Notes: generated from the letters alone by a model not told the origin. 64,000 nucleotides of DNA from Candidatus Gastranaerophilales bacterium (GCA_028280605.1 JANQLL010000185.1:1567-65566), one strand, 5' to 3'. Positions 12,421 through 23,284 are shown, numbered from the stretch's first letter. A program made the numbers and translations.

Positions 12421-12876
12421 TTACTTTTTATTTTTTTTAGAGTTTAATTTTTTGATAACATCTTCAGTTATATCTTCAGCACCATACAAAGTGCTTTCTT
12501 TTCTCACAACTGTTTTTATTTTCTTTTTCTGACTTACATTCTCAATGACTGCATAAATTTGTTTTTGGAGTTTATTCCACTCTTGCATTTTACTTTTTAG
12601 CTCAGCTCTTTTTTTAGCTAAATCTTTGTTGTATTTTTCTTCTTTTTGTTTTTTCTCTACATCATTTTTAGCGCTTTTTATGTCTTTTGATGCTTGTATT
12701 ATAAATTTATGCAGTTCTCTTTCCTGCTTTTTGATTGTTTCTGCTGATTCTTTAGCTTGTGGATAACTATTGATCACTTTATAAGTGTCAATAACTGCAG
12801 TGTCATTAGCAAAAGATTCTACTGTACTATAGTTTAAAAACATCATCATCGCCAAAGTAATAACTATTTTATTCAT
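12421..12876 (-). CDS. OmpH/Skp-like periplasmic chaperone (putative)
   Basis: 151 aa, signal peptide, K/E-rich coiled-coil body of Skp-like size. Confidence 0.55.
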   Translation of the reverse strand: MNKIVITLAMMMFLNYSTVESFANDTAVIDTYKVINSYPQAKESAETIKKQERELHKFIIQASKDIKSAKNDVEKKQKEEKYNKDLAKKRAELKSKMQEWNKLQKQIYAVIENVSQKKKIKTVVRKESTLYGAEDITEDVIKKLNSKKNKK

Positions 12877-13027
12877 ATGATCTCCTTGATTAAAATAAAA
12901 GAAGCTACCTATTTTGTAACCTTTTTAAAATATAACTTGCTCTAATATATTTTCGATTAGTCAGCCAGTTAATACCAAAAGGTAATATACAGGTAGCTTC
13001 TTTACTATGAAAAAATAGTCTGTATTA

Positions 13028-13456
13028 CTAAGCTTCAGCTCCTACGGAAACTTCAACTTCATCTTCTTCTTTTTTCTTTAATTCTAATAGATAAGAAATT
13101 GGATATTCTCTTTCTAAAATATTTCGACCGTCAACTTCTATTTCAAATGTTATGCTTTCAGCTCCTTTTTCAGCTAAAAAGTTTAAATTATTAGCAATAG
13201 CATTGAAAACAGATTGTTTGTTTTTAATTTCTGCTTTGACAGTACCAAGCTCAACACTTTCTTTATCGCCCGCTCTTACTTTAAATTTTAGCTCATACTC
13301 TCCTTCATCCCAATTTGGACCACATATAAAAGCCAAATCAAAGTTAAATTTAGCAGGTAGGTGCAGTGCTGAAAACTGATCCCAAACATTAATTACTGAT
13401 AGCCTGTTATTTCTGAAAGAAATTTGCTCTGCTACGATTAAATACTGTTGTTTCAT
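13028..13456 (-). CDS. Hypothetical cytoplasmic protein
   Basis: 142-aa ORF with ATG start and acidic C-terminus. No family recognised with confidence. Confidence 0.5.
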   Translation of the reverse strand: MKQQYLIVAEQISFRNNRLSVINVWDQFSALHLPAKFNFDLAFICGPNWDEGEYELKFKVRAGDKESVELGTVKAEIKNKQSVFNAIANNLNFLAEKGAESITFEIEVDGRNILEREYPISYLLELKKKEEDEVEVSVGAEA

Positions 13457-13869
13457 TAGTCCCCCTTAATCTTCAAAAAATTTTCAAACATCAACATTAA
13501 TTGTACAATACAAATTAAAAACTAACAAATTAATTTTTAATTATTTTTTTAAGAATTTTCCATAATTTAATTGATTGGCATTACCTTAAATCGTGCTAAA
13601 AATAAAATAATAGGCAGCTATACTTAAAAAAAATAATTTTAATACAATAAAATCCTGAATATTAATTTATAGTCTTGAAAAGAGACCTAACATTAAAATT
13701 TAATCAGTAATTTAGGCAAAAATATAATTTTTTTGAATGATAATAACTGCGAGTATTACTGCTAATCTATTAGTAAAGGAACTGTGTTTTATTATTAAAG
13801 AAATCTTCGGATTTATTCGATAAATGATATAAAGCCATAGAGACATTGACATTAAGGTGTTGAATAAAT

Positions 13870-14793
13870 ATGCGTTCAAAGAAGAATAATAAAAAGAAAA
13901 TATTTATTGCTCTAATTATTGGTATTGTACTTACTTTTATGATTTTTAATATATTAAATGCTCAGAATCAAAAGTTACTTGACCAAGAGGCTTTATTGGC
14001 AAAAATCCAAAAGGAGAAAAATAAGCCGCAAGTTGTCGTTAAAAAAACCAAAAAAGTAACCAGAAAAGCTGTTGTGACCAAGTTTAATATGAAAAAGAAT
14101 TCTAAAATAGACCCCAAATCTGTTAAAATAAAAGAAATTGAATCAAAAAACCTTCCACCTGGTTATATAAACGATGTTTTGTCTATCCTTAATAAAAGAG
14201 TTGTTAAAGATATCAAATCTGGTGAAATATTAAAATATTCAGATTTAAGTAGTGAAGATCCTAGTGGATTTGATATAGAGCTAGGAAAGCGAGCTATAAC
14301 AATTCCTAAAGAATTTATTCAAGGTATAGCATCTCATATAAAAGTTGGAAGCAAAGTAGATATACTATCAACGTCAAAAAGTAAAGGTAAAAGGCCTGAA
14401 CTTGTTTTACAAAATGTTGAAATAATTTCATTAGAAACTATGTTAGGCTCTGGAGATAATGAAATGCCTGCAACAAAAGCATCCGCAATAACTTTTGAAA
14501 TACCGGCTAAAAAATCACCTAATCTTGTTAATGCGATGGTGAACGGTAAACTGCAAATAATTGTAAGAGGACATAGCGATGAAAAAATCATTTCTACAAA
14601 TCCTTTTAACTTTACGATGAAAAAAAGTAAGAAGCTTCCCCCTCCTCCAGATGAAAGTAAATTACTGCAAAATACAAAACGCAGTGATTTGCCAAAGCCT
14701 CAAAAACCTGTTTCTAAGACAAAAACGCATAAATTAGAGTTTATTGAGGCAAACGTAAAGACAGAACATACTTTTACAGAAAGTATTCATTAA
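13870..14793 (+). CDS. cpaB: Flp/Tad pilus assembly protein CpaB/RcpC
   Basis: N-terminal TM anchor, SAF-like region (SGEILKYSDL). First gene of the Cpa/Tad gene order. Confidence 0.75.
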   Translation: MRSKKNNKKKIFIALIIGIVLTFMIFNILNAQNQKLLDQEALLAKIQKEKNKPQVVVKKTKKVTRKAVVTKFNMKKNSKIDPKSVKIKEIESKNLPPGYINDVLSILNKRVVKDIKSGEILKYSDLSSEDPSGFDIELGKRAITIPKEFIQGIASHIKVGSKVDILSTSKSKGKRPELVLQNVEIISLETMLGSGDNEMPATKASAITFEIPAKKSPNLVNAMVNGKLQIIVRGHSDEKIISTNPFNFTMKKSKKLPPPPDESKLLQNTKRSDLPKPQKPVSKTKTHKLEFIEANVKTEHTFTESIH

Positions 14794-14797
14794 TGAA

Positions 14798-16201
14798 TTG
14801 TTGGTTATGCAAATGAAAAATTCTAACATAAAAAATTTGGGTTTATTAATTATATTATTAGCCTTTGTTTTCTCTGGAGCTATGGTTTCTAGCCAACATG
14901 CAAATTTGCGCGAATCTCAAATTGATTCTTTTATGGATTTGCAAAAGAATTCTTATTTAAAAAAAAATAAGCCGGGTACGACAGAAAGACAATCATATCC
15001 TGATAACAATGCAAGCTACCATAATTATAATGATAGCCATAGCGCTTCTCCATCTATTGTTGGTGGAGTATCAAAACTAATGACAACTGTTGGTAAATCC
15101 CAATTTGTTAGATTTGATGAACCCGTGACAAGGATATCAATTACAAATCCAGAATTAGCAGATGTAGTACTATTATCTCCAAAAGAACTATTGGTGAATG
15201 GTAAAGAAAGCGGCTCTACAAGTTTACTAATATGGGGTGATTCTGAAGATCCTGTCTTTATAGATTTAATAATAGAAAAAGATTCAAGTTCATTCTTGAA
15301 TGCTGTTCAAGCAATTGCCCCTAATGAAAAATTAGACCTTAAGTTTACGGATAAATCTGTAATTTTATCAGGAAAAGTATCGTCTTCACTTATATCAGAA
15401 AAAATTAAAAGTATTGCAAAAGCTTTTGAACTGGAGTTTATCGATGTATCCGAAAGTCCGACGCCTCAAGTACTGCTAGAAGTAAAAGTTGTAGAAGCAA
15501 GTAGATCTTTTGCTAAAAATCTGGCAAAAAGCTTTTCTCTTGGGAACGATGCTAAATTTTATACTTTTGGTAACACTATCAATGGTGCGTATGCAGCGGC
15601 AGCCAAAGGGAAAGCTGGTGCTGGCGTAAGATTTGAGGGCGGGTCCCTAAATGCATTTACCTGGAGAAGTAGTTTAACAACAGCCTTAAGCTCTGCAGAA
15701 AGTGAAGGTCTTGTTAAAATACTAGCTGAACCAAAATTAGTTACTACTAATAAAAATAAAGCAAGTTTCAACTCTGGTTTACAAGTTCCAGTGCCTGCAA
15801 GTATTGGCGAAGGTGGCAATATAGCTTATGATTTTAAAGATACAGGTGTGAATGTTGCTTTTACCCCTACCATATTAGAAAAATCAAAAAGAATTTCTTT
15901 AAATATACAACCGGAAGTAAATGAAATAGACTCCGGTGCTACTATAGTAAGGCAAGATGGTACAAAGGTATTTGGTTTTAAATCAAGAAAAGCAGAAACA
16001 ACCGTTGAGCTAAACAATGGTCAAACACTTGTTATTGCCGGATTAATAGAAAAAACTAACAATAGAACAAATACAAAACATCCAATTTTAGGAAGTATAC
16101 CAATAATAGGAAAAGCTTTTGATAGTTATGAGATATCAAAGTACGAAACAGAATTATTAATATTTGTCACCCCAAAAATTATCGAACCAGCGATGTTATA
16201 A
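14798..16201 (+). CDS. cpaC: Tad pilus secretin CpaC/RcpA
   Basis: Signal peptide; secretin C-domain motifs LEVKVVEASRS, GQTLVIAGLI, PILGSIPIIGKAF, LLIFVTPKII. Start could be the ATG at 14807 or 14813. Confidence 0.85.
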   Translation: MLVMQMKNSNIKNLGLLIILLAFVFSGAMVSSQHANLRESQIDSFMDLQKNSYLKKNKPGTTERQSYPDNNASYHNYNDSHSASPSIVGGVSKLMTTVGKSQFVRFDEPVTRISITNPELADVVLLSPKELLVNGKESGSTSLLIWGDSEDPVFIDLIIEKDSSSFLNAVQAIAPNEKLDLKFTDKSVILSGKVSSSLISEKIKSIAKAFELEFIDVSESPTPQVLLEVKVVEASRSFAKNLAKSFSLGNDAKFYTFGNTINGAYAAAAKGKAGAGVRFEGGSLNAFTWRSSLTTALSSAESEGLVKILAEPKLVTTNKNKASFNSGLQVPVPASIGEGGNIAYDFKDTGVNVAFTPTILEKSKRISLNIQPEVNEIDSGATIVRQDGTKVFGFKSRKAETTVELNNGQTLVIAGLIEKTNNRTNTKHPILGSIPIIGKAFDSYEISKYETELLIFVTPKIIEPAML

Positions 16202-16218
16202 TAAATGGAGTTTAATTC

Positions 16219-17436
16219 ATGCAATCAATCCCTGTAATGTTAATTAGTAATGATGAGGTTTCAAGATCAGAGTTAAAAAGTGATCTTGAAAAATTTAAAT
16301 ATATTGACATAGTAGGAGAGTTTAACGATTTAATACAAGGTTTTAACTCTGTTATAAATGAAAAACCCTCTTTAGTATTTATCGATGTGTCATCTTCACC
16401 ATCGGTAGCTTTAGATGCGATAGAAAAAATAAACTTTCAATTAAGAACCTGTATAGTTTTTGCAATTTCTAGCGATACTGATCCTGAATTTATTATACAA
16501 ATTATGAGATCAGGAGCCAGAGAAGTATTTGCAAAGCCGGTATCTCAAGCAGAAGTAAGCAATGCCCTGGATAAAGCAAAACATCTGTTACAAACAAATA
16601 CAGATGGCTTTACAGAAGGAAAAATTTTCACTGTATTCAGTAACAAAGGTGGTATTGGAAAAACAACTATAGCAACCAATTTAGCGGTTAGCTTGGCAGA
16701 GCTTACAAATAAAAAAGTAGCGCTCGTAGATTTAAACTTGCAATTGGGTGATGTTACAACATTTTTAGACTTAAGCCCTTCTTATGATATTGCTTATATT
16801 GTCACACAAATCAGCAGGATCGATGAATCATTCTTAATAAAAACTCTTGAAAAATATCAAGAAAAAGAACTGTATGTATTAGCTGATCCTCCATACTTGG
16901 AGCAAGCCGAAGAAATAACGTCTGAGCAGATTGGTACGGTTTTAAATGCATTAAAATCAGTTTTTTCTTATATAGTGATAGATACAAGTAGTGCATTTGA
17001 TAGTAAAACAATATCTGCACTGGATTTATCAGATGATATTTTACTCGTATCCATCGTTAACCTGCCTTCAATAAGAAATGCTCAAAGATGTCTTGACTTA
17101 TTTGAAAGACTTGATTATCCAAAAGAAAAAGTTAAAATGGTTGTAAACAGATACATAGAAAATGAAGAAATTACAGTTGATGATGTTGAAGATGCATTAA
17201 ATCATAATGTATACTGGAAAATACCAAATAACTATTTTACTGTAATGTCCGCAATTAATAGAGGTATGCCTATTTGTGAAATCAATAAAGAATCAAATGT
17301 AAATGACAGTTTCTTTGGTTTAGCTGCAGGGTTAAGCAACTCTCTTTATGTAAAAGACAATGAACAGGCAGCATCAAATTCCGGTAATTCTCTTCTAGGA
17401 AATTTATTTAGTAAAATTACTCCTCCTAAAAAATAA
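16219..17436 (+). CDS. cpaE: Tad pilus ATPase-like localisation protein CpaE/TadZ
   Basis: N-terminal receiver-like domain plus MinD/ParA-type P-loop SNKGGIGKTT. Confidence 0.8.
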   Translation: MQSIPVMLISNDEVSRSELKSDLEKFKYIDIVGEFNDLIQGFNSVINEKPSLVFIDVSSSPSVALDAIEKINFQLRTCIVFAISSDTDPEFIIQIMRSGAREVFAKPVSQAEVSNALDKAKHLLQTNTDGFTEGKIFTVFSNKGGIGKTTIATNLAVSLAELTNKKVALVDLNLQLGDVTTFLDLSPSYDIAYIVTQISRIDESFLIKTLEKYQEKELYVLADPPYLEQAEEITSEQIGTVLNALKSVFSYIVIDTSSAFDSKTISALDLSDDILLVSIVNLPSIRNAQRCLDLFERLDYPKEKVKMVVNRYIENEEITVDDVEDALNHNVYWKIPNNYFTVMSAINRGMPICEINKESNVNDSFFGLAAGLSNSLYVKDNEQAASNSGNSLLGNLFSKITPPKK

Positions 17437-17445
17437 GGGTCATAT

Positions 17446-19023
17446 ATGTCTTTAAAAGATAGATTAAATAAAAATGCCAGTTCAACAAAGCCTACTTTTG
17501 CAGAAACTGCTTCTAGCGCCAAGAAAGAAGAATCTAAAGGCGCTAATAATGAAGTAAATTCTCAACTGCAAACAATAAAGGAAGAGATTCATTCAAAGTT
17601 TATAGAAAAAGTTAATTCAACACCAGCCTGGGATAACTTTAGTAATGAAGAACAAAGGCAATTTATTAAACAATTTGTAGATAAATGCCTAACTACAGAT
17701 TATGCATCTACCCCTATGAATAATAGGGAAAAAGACACCCTTATAAGAGAAATTTTACAAGAAATTAAAGGTTATGGACCTCTTGACCCATTACTTACGG
17801 ATCCAGGCGTATCTGATATTCTTGTAAACGGGCCAAAACAGGTTTATGTGGAAAAAGGCGGAAAGCTTGTAAGAACACCTGTAGTTTTTAGAGATAATGC
17901 TCACTTAATGAATATAATTGAAAGAATAGTTTCTGGAGTTGGAAGAAGAATTGACGAAAAATCTCCAATGGTAGATGCGAGGTTGCCAGACGGTTCCAGG
18001 GTTAATGCAATTATTCCTCCTTTGGCTATTGATGGAGCATCTCTATCTATAAGAAAATTTAAAGCAGATGCTGCAACATTAGATAGCTTATTAACTTGGG
18101 GTTCTATGACAGTTGCAATGGCTGATACATTACGAGCTGCAGTATTGGCAAGACTTAATATCGTTATCTCCGGAGGTACCGGTGCAGGTAAAACTACCTT
18201 ATTAAATAGTCTATCCGCTCAAATTCCTGATGATGAAAGAATTGTTACAATAGAAGACTCTGCTGAATTAAGTTTACAACAGGATCACGTTGTGAGGCTG
18301 GAAACACGTCCTCCTAACATTGAAGGTGAAGGAGCTATTACAGCAAGGGATCTTGTTATCAACTCTTTAAGGATGAGGCCTGATAGAGTTGTAATAGGTG
18401 AATGTCGTGGAGCTGAGGCTTTAGATATGCTTCAGGCTATGAATACAGGTCATGACGGCTCTTTAACAACACTTCACGCAAACACGCCAAGAGATGCATT
18501 AAGCAGGCTGGAAACAATGGTTATGTTTTCCGGTGTAGAATTGCCGGAAAGAACAATTAGAAATCAGGTAAGCTCTGCAGTTCACCTTATTGTTCAGGCT
18601 AGCAGATTAAGTGACGGTTCTCGACGAGTTACTTATATAACAGAAGTTGTCGGAATGGAAGGTACTGTAGTAACAATGCAGGATATATTTAAGTGGGAGC
18701 AAAAAGGTCTGGACTCAAATGGTAAAGTTGTAGGTTGTCATAATTCCACAGGAGTTCGTCCTAAATTTATGGATAGGTGTAAAGCAAAAGGTATAGACTT
18801 GCCATCCGAACACTTTAAAGCAGATGCTCAACCCCAATACCTATGTCCTGATCCACCTCATAAAAGATCGCTTAAGAAAGATGGAGAGTCGGGTGATTTA
18901 TCAACCTCTTCACCTTCTTCAACATCCTCTCAATTAAAACATTCTGAAAGTAAAGTGCCGCCGAACACTGCTCAGCCAAGTCCTAACAGGAATTCTCTGT
19001 TAAATAGATTAAAAAATAAATAA
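17446..19023 (+). CDS. cpaF: Tad pilus secretion ATPase CpaF/TadA
   Basis: Walker A GGTGAGKTT, RIVTIEDSAE, RPDRVVIGECRGAEA. Carries an extra ~70-aa S/P-rich C-terminal tail. Confidence 0.9.
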   Translation: MSLKDRLNKNASSTKPTFAETASSAKKEESKGANNEVNSQLQTIKEEIHSKFIEKVNSTPAWDNFSNEEQRQFIKQFVDKCLTTDYASTPMNNREKDTLIREILQEIKGYGPLDPLLTDPGVSDILVNGPKQVYVEKGGKLVRTPVVFRDNAHLMNIIERIVSGVGRRIDEKSPMVDARLPDGSRVNAIIPPLAIDGASLSIRKFKADAATLDSLLTWGSMTVAMADTLRAAVLARLNIVISGGTGAGKTTLLNSLSAQIPDDERIVTIEDSAELSLQQDHVVRLETRPPNIEGEGAITARDLVINSLRMRPDRVVIGECRGAEALDMLQAMNTGHDGSLTTLHANTPRDALSRLETMVMFSGVELPERTIRNQVSSAVHLIVQASRLSDGSRRVTYITEVVGMEGTVVTMQDIFKWEQKGLDSNGKVVGCHNSTGVRPKFMDRCKAKGIDLPSEHFKADAQPQYLCPDPPHKRSLKKDGESGDLSTSSPSSTSSQLKHSESKVPPNTAQPSPNRNSLLNRLKNK

Positions 19024-19037
19024 GTGATAGTAGGATT

Positions 19038-20015
19038 ATGGATAATAGTATTGTATTAAGTATAATTTGTGGAGTTATAATATTTGGATTAGTAATGTTA
19101 CTAGTTAGTGATGACACAAAAGACCCTTTATTAAAAAAAAGATTGAGTAACATAAAAAACAGAAAAACAGGTGACGGACCTGCCAAAGAAAAAAATATGA
19201 TACTCGATCAATATATGGAAGATTCTGATTATAAGATAAGTGCATTGGCAAAAATACTTGATAATCTAAATGTTATAAAAAAATTAAAAAAAGGTCTAAA
19301 ACAGGCTGATATAACAACATCAGTAGATATATTCATAATACATGCATTAATAATAATGTTCGTGGTTACCCTAGTTTTATCTTTACTCATAGGATCGGTA
19401 CTTGCTCCGATTGCAGGATTAATTGCAGGTTTACTTCCATTCTTTTCAATTAAATTTAAAATTTCGCAAAGGTCTAAAAAGTTTTCTAAACAGTTTCCTG
19501 ACTGCCTGGGACTTTTAGCCAGCTCTTTAAGGGCCGGTCATTCTTTATTATCAGCATTTCAGCTAGTGTCTAACGAAATGAATCCCCCGGTAAGTCAAGT
19601 ATTTAAACAAGTTTCTGATGATATTTCACTTGGTAAGGATACAAAAGACGCACTTGATGATATGGCTCAAGCAATTCCCAGCAGTCAAGATCTACGCTTT
19701 TTTGTTACTGCAGTTATGATACAAAGAGAAATAGGTGGTAACCTTGCAGAAATTTTAGACAATCTTAGTCATACAATACGTGAAAGATTTAAATTATTAG
19801 GGATGATCGACTCTCAAACAGCACAAGCGCGCCTCTCTGGAATTGTTTTAGGACTTGCTCCAGCTGCTATTGGAGGACTAATAACTTGGATGAATCCTGA
19901 ATATATGGAGCCTATGTTTACGACACCTATAGGCTGGTGCGCTCTAGCTCTTGCTGCAAGTATGAGTGGTCTTGGATTCTTTATTATCAATAAAATAACT
20001 CAAATTAGGGTTTAA
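19038..20015 (+). CDS. tadB: Tad pilus inner-membrane platform protein TadB
   Basis: T2SS-F-like domain, TM segments, position after cpaF. Confidence 0.8.
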   Translation: MDNSIVLSIICGVIIFGLVMLLVSDDTKDPLLKKRLSNIKNRKTGDGPAKEKNMILDQYMEDSDYKISALAKILDNLNVIKKLKKGLKQADITTSVDIFIIHALIIMFVVTLVLSLLIGSVLAPIAGLIAGLLPFFSIKFKISQRSKKFSKQFPDCLGLLASSLRAGHSLLSAFQLVSNEMNPPVSQVFKQVSDDISLGKDTKDALDDMAQAIPSSQDLRFFVTAVMIQREIGGNLAEILDNLSHTIRERFKLLGMIDSQTAQARLSGIVLGLAPAAIGGLITWMNPEYMEPMFTTPIGWCALALAASMSGLGFFIINKITQIRV

Positions 20016-20020
20016 TACAA

Positions 20021-20998
20021 ATGATTAATATATCACTTTTACTAATAGTAATTTGTGTTGCAGGTATTATATATTTATTTATGGATCTGGAAGAAGAAGA
20101 TGATATCCTTGAGCGAAGATTAAAAAGCCTTGTCAAAAATAAAGAATCTTCAAATGCAGCAAAAATTGCAAAAGAAAGCTTTTTAATCAAACGCTTAGGA
20201 GAACTTGTAGCACCGGTTGTAAATTCTTTAACCAGAAAAAAGCAAAATGTAAACACCATCAAGCAACTTTTAATACAAGCTGGTAAACCTTCTACTGATG
20301 AGGATGTAATAAAGCTTGTAACACAAAAAGTAATCTATGGCATAATTGGGCTTGTTTTTGCTTTTGCTATTTATAGTATAGGTGGTTTGGACACTATGAT
20401 GATAACTATATTATTTGTGGCAACTCCATTAACGATGTATAGATTACCTGAAATGAAATTAAAAAGATATATTAAACATAAAGAAACAGAAATCTCATAT
20501 AATTTGCCTGATGCTCTGGATTTATTAACAGTTTGTGTTGAGGCAGGCTTAGGTCTTGATGCTGCACTATTTAGGGTTTCTCAGGAACAAATGCGAACTT
20601 GTCCTATTCTCGCAGTAGAACTTGGTAGAGTTAGTAAAGACATTTTAGCCGGTGTACCTAGGCAAGAAGCATTTAGAAACCTGGCAAATAGAAATAACGT
20701 TGAAGATTTACGCTCTTTAACCTCCTTGCTTATTCAAACTGATAAACTTGGTACAAGTATAGCCCAATCTTTAAAAGTATATTCTGATACCGTAAGAACA
20801 AGAAGACGACAAAAAGCCGAAGCTCTAGCGGCAAAGGCCAGTGTAAAAATGGTACTTCCTCTTGTGTTGTTTATATTGCCATCTATGTTTATTGTATTTC
20901 TAACTCCGGCAGTTATTAGCTTAATAGAAAATTTCCAAAGTATGTCTGTTGGCAGTGACGAACAACAAGAACAACCTGCAGAGCAACAACAGCATTAA
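20021..20998 (+). CDS. tadC: Tad pilus inner-membrane platform protein TadC
   Basis: T2SS-F-like domain paralogous to TadB (LPDALDLL..VEAGLGL). Confidence 0.8.
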   Translation: MINISLLLIVICVAGIIYLFMDLEEEDDILERRLKSLVKNKESSNAAKIAKESFLIKRLGELVAPVVNSLTRKKQNVNTIKQLLIQAGKPSTDEDVIKLVTQKVIYGIIGLVFAFAIYSIGGLDTMMITILFVATPLTMYRLPEMKLKRYIKHKETEISYNLPDALDLLTVCVEAGLGLDAALFRVSQEQMRTCPILAVELGRVSKDILAGVPRQEAFRNLANRNNVEDLRSLTSLLIQTDKLGTSIAQSLKVYSDTVRTRRRQKAEALAAKASVKMVLPLVLFILPSMFIVFLTPAVISLIENFQSMSVGSDEQQEQPAEQQQH

Positions 20999-21008
20999 TA
21001 GTAGAAAT

Positions 21009-22364
21009 TTATTCTAGTACAGCCTTAATAGAGTCATATGCTATGTCGGTTAACTTTGTTATTTCTTCTTCTGTAATAACATAAGGCGGCATAAAATATA
21101 GCACATTTCCAAGGGGTCTAATAATAGCACCTCTTTTTAGCCCTTCCTTGTGTATTTGCAAGCTTAATTTTTTCTCAAAAGAAAATCCTTCTTTGGTTTG
21201 CTTGTCTTTTACAAGCTCAATAGCCCCTATCATGCCAACATGTCTTATATCGCCAACATTTTTGAGTTCTTCAAACTTTTGTAGCTCTGATTTTAATTTT
21301 TTAATTTTAGGTTGAATAGATTCAATAACATTTTCTTCTTCAAGAATTTTAAAATTCTCGACAGCAACGCTTGCAGCCAAAGGGTTGCCTGTAAAACTGT
21401 GACCGTGGAAAAAAGTTTTTAATGTCTCATAGTCATCATAAAATGCCTGATAAATCTCTTCACCCACAACAGTAACAGCCAATGGCAAATAACCGGCGGT
21501 TATACCTTTAGCAAGACAAATGATATCAGGAGTTATTCCTGTATGTTCATATGCAAACATTTCACCGGTTCTGCCAAAGCCCATTGCAACCTCATCGTCA
21601 ATAAGCAATATATTATATTTTTCACAGATTTTTTTAAGTCTAATAATATATTCTTTGTCATAAATAATCATGCCTCCTGCACCTTGAACAAGTGGCTCAA
21701 TGATTATTCCTGCAACCTTATTTGCATTTTCTTCAAGTATTTTCTCCACAGAATTTAAACACTCAAAGTTACAGCTCTCTTTTTGCTTCTCACATGGGCA
21801 TCTGTAACAATAAGGCGAATCAGCCTGAAATATATCAAACAATAAAGGTTTATAAATTTTGTGATATAAATCCACACCACCAACTGAAACAGCGCCTAAT
21901 GTATCTCCATGATATGAATTTTTAAGGGCAATAAATTTATTTTTTTCTGGATAACCTTTATGTACCCAATATTGATAAGCCATTTTCAATGCAACTTCAA
22001 CAGCAGTAGAGCCGTTGTCCGAATAAAAAACTCTTGTAAAAGATGTATTCATAATCTTAATTAGTCGCTCTGCCAATTCAATAGCCGGAACATGGGAACA
22101 TCCTGCCAATAAAACATGTTCTATTTTATCCAGTTGACGCTTTATTGCATCGTTTAATCTTTCATTAGAATGTCCTAACGTATTAACCCACCAGGAAGAT
22201 ATTCCATCTATATATTTATTTCCTTTTAAATCCCAAACATAAATACCTTTACCCTTATCAATAATTAAAGGATCATCCTGTCCATAATCTTTCATCTGTG
22301 TAAAAGGGTGCCAAACGTATTTTATATCTTTTTCCGCCCATTCTCTATAAGATAAATCCAGCAT
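21009..22364 (-). CDS. bioA: Adenosylmethionine-8-amino-7-oxononanoate aminotransferase BioA
   Basis: 451 aa class III aminotransferase. DDEVAMGFGRTG and PLP-lysine context CLAKGITAGYLP. Confidence 0.9.
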   Translation of the reverse strand: MLDLSYREWAEKDIKYVWHPFTQMKDYGQDDPLIIDKGKGIYVWDLKGNKYIDGISSWWVNTLGHSNERLNDAIKRQLDKIEHVLLAGCSHVPAIELAERLIKIMNTSFTRVFYSDNGSTAVEVALKMAYQYWVHKGYPEKNKFIALKNSYHGDTLGAVSVGGVDLYHKIYKPLLFDIFQADSPYCYRCPCEKQKESCNFECLNSVEKILEENANKVAGIIIEPLVQGAGGMIIYDKEYIIRLKKICEKYNILLIDDEVAMGFGRTGEMFAYEHTGITPDIICLAKGITAGYLPLAVTVVGEEIYQAFYDDYETLKTFFHGHSFTGNPLAASVAVENFKILEEENVIESIQPKIKKLKSELQKFEELKNVGDIRHVGMIGAIELVKDKQTKEGFSFEKKLSLQIHKEGLKRGAIIRPLGNVLYFMPPYVITEEEITKLTDIAYDSIKAVLE

Positions 22365-22381
22365 TTAATTATTCCTCTTTT

Positions 22382-23284
22382 TTAATATATACTTACGCCT
22401 TTATCGATAGTAAAGGTTTCAAACATTTCATACCCAGCAAAGTGCTCATAAAAATCTATATCAGTATTATAAATACCAAACACACTGGGACCACTCCCAG
22501 ACATTATAGCATTTAAACACCCGATACTTATTAATTTATTCTTAATGTCTTGTATTTGCTCATACATGCCTAAAGCTACCTTTTCCAAATCATTGCTTAA
22601 AAATAGTGCAATATTTTCTATATTATTCTCATTAATAGCATTAATTATAAGTTCTGTGTTCTGGAATTTAGGACCCTCTACAACGAATTCTTCCTGGGCA
22701 TTATGTGGAAAAAACAACTCTGAATACTTGGTATAAATATCTTTTGTTGATAACGATAAAGCCTTAGGCTTAATAATTATTACATTAAAATCAAGAGTAG
22801 AAATTGGTTTTAACTGCTCTCCACGAGAAGTAGCCAGCTGCGTGCCCCCATGCAAGCAAAAATTAACATCAGAGCCTATTTTAGCTGCCAGCTGAGACAT
22901 ATCTTCCATTGACAAAGGCTTGTTGTACATCTCGTTTAATCCAACTAAAATACCGGCAGCATTTGTGCTGCCACCAGCTAAACCAGCAGCAACCGGTATT
23001 CTCTTTTCTATATTTATATTTACCCCGTGATCTTTTAAATTTATTTTTTCAAAAAATAGCTTTGCACTTTTATAGCATAAATTAGTTTCATCATAAGGGA
23101 TGTCAGATTTATTACCGCTGAGAGTTATATCTTTAGAGACTTCTTGCTTTGTTATTGTCAAAAAATCGTACAAACTCACCGACTGCATCAGGCTTTTTAT
23201 GTCATGATAGCCGTCAGGTCTTTTATTCAAAACTTCTAGTGTTAAATTAATTTTTGCCGGAGTTTTAACTTTTACTTTTTCCAT
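22382..23284 (-). CDS. ispE: 4-diphosphocytidyl-2-C-methyl-D-erythritol kinase IspE
   Basis: GHMP kinase motif PVAAGLAGGSTNAAG, N-terminal KINL. Overlaps the rsmA stop by 20 nt. Confidence 0.9.
   Translation of the reverse strand: MEKVKVKTPAKINLTLEVLNKRPDGYHDIKSLMQSVSLYDFLTITKQEVSKDITLSGNKSDIPYDETNLCYKSAKLFFEKINLKDHGVNINIEKRIPVAAGLAGGSTNAAGILVGLNEMYNKPLSMEDMSQLAAKIGSDVNFCLHGGTQLATSRGEQLKPISTLDFNVIIIKPKALSLSTKDIYTKYSELFFPHNAQEEFVVEGPKFQNTELIINAINENNIENIALFLSNDLEKVALGMYEQIQDIKNKLISIGCLNAIMSGSGPSVFGIYNTDIDFYEHFAGYEMFETFTIDKGVSIY

Noticed and set aside
13737-13823. 28-aa ORF (MIITASITANLLVKELCFIIKEIFGFIR) upstream of cpaB, considered as a possible Flp pilin
   Set aside because: It has no Flp-type leader or G/XXXXEY processing motif and no SD, and it is too short. 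A 44-aa minus-strand ORF nearby also lacks pilin features.
14959-14967. A9 homopolymer in the 5' part of the secretin gene (and A8 tracts in tadB and elsewhere), considered as phase-variation switches
   Set aside because: Lysine-rich coding in an AT-rich genome produces many A7-A9 runs. Nothing distinguishes these from background.
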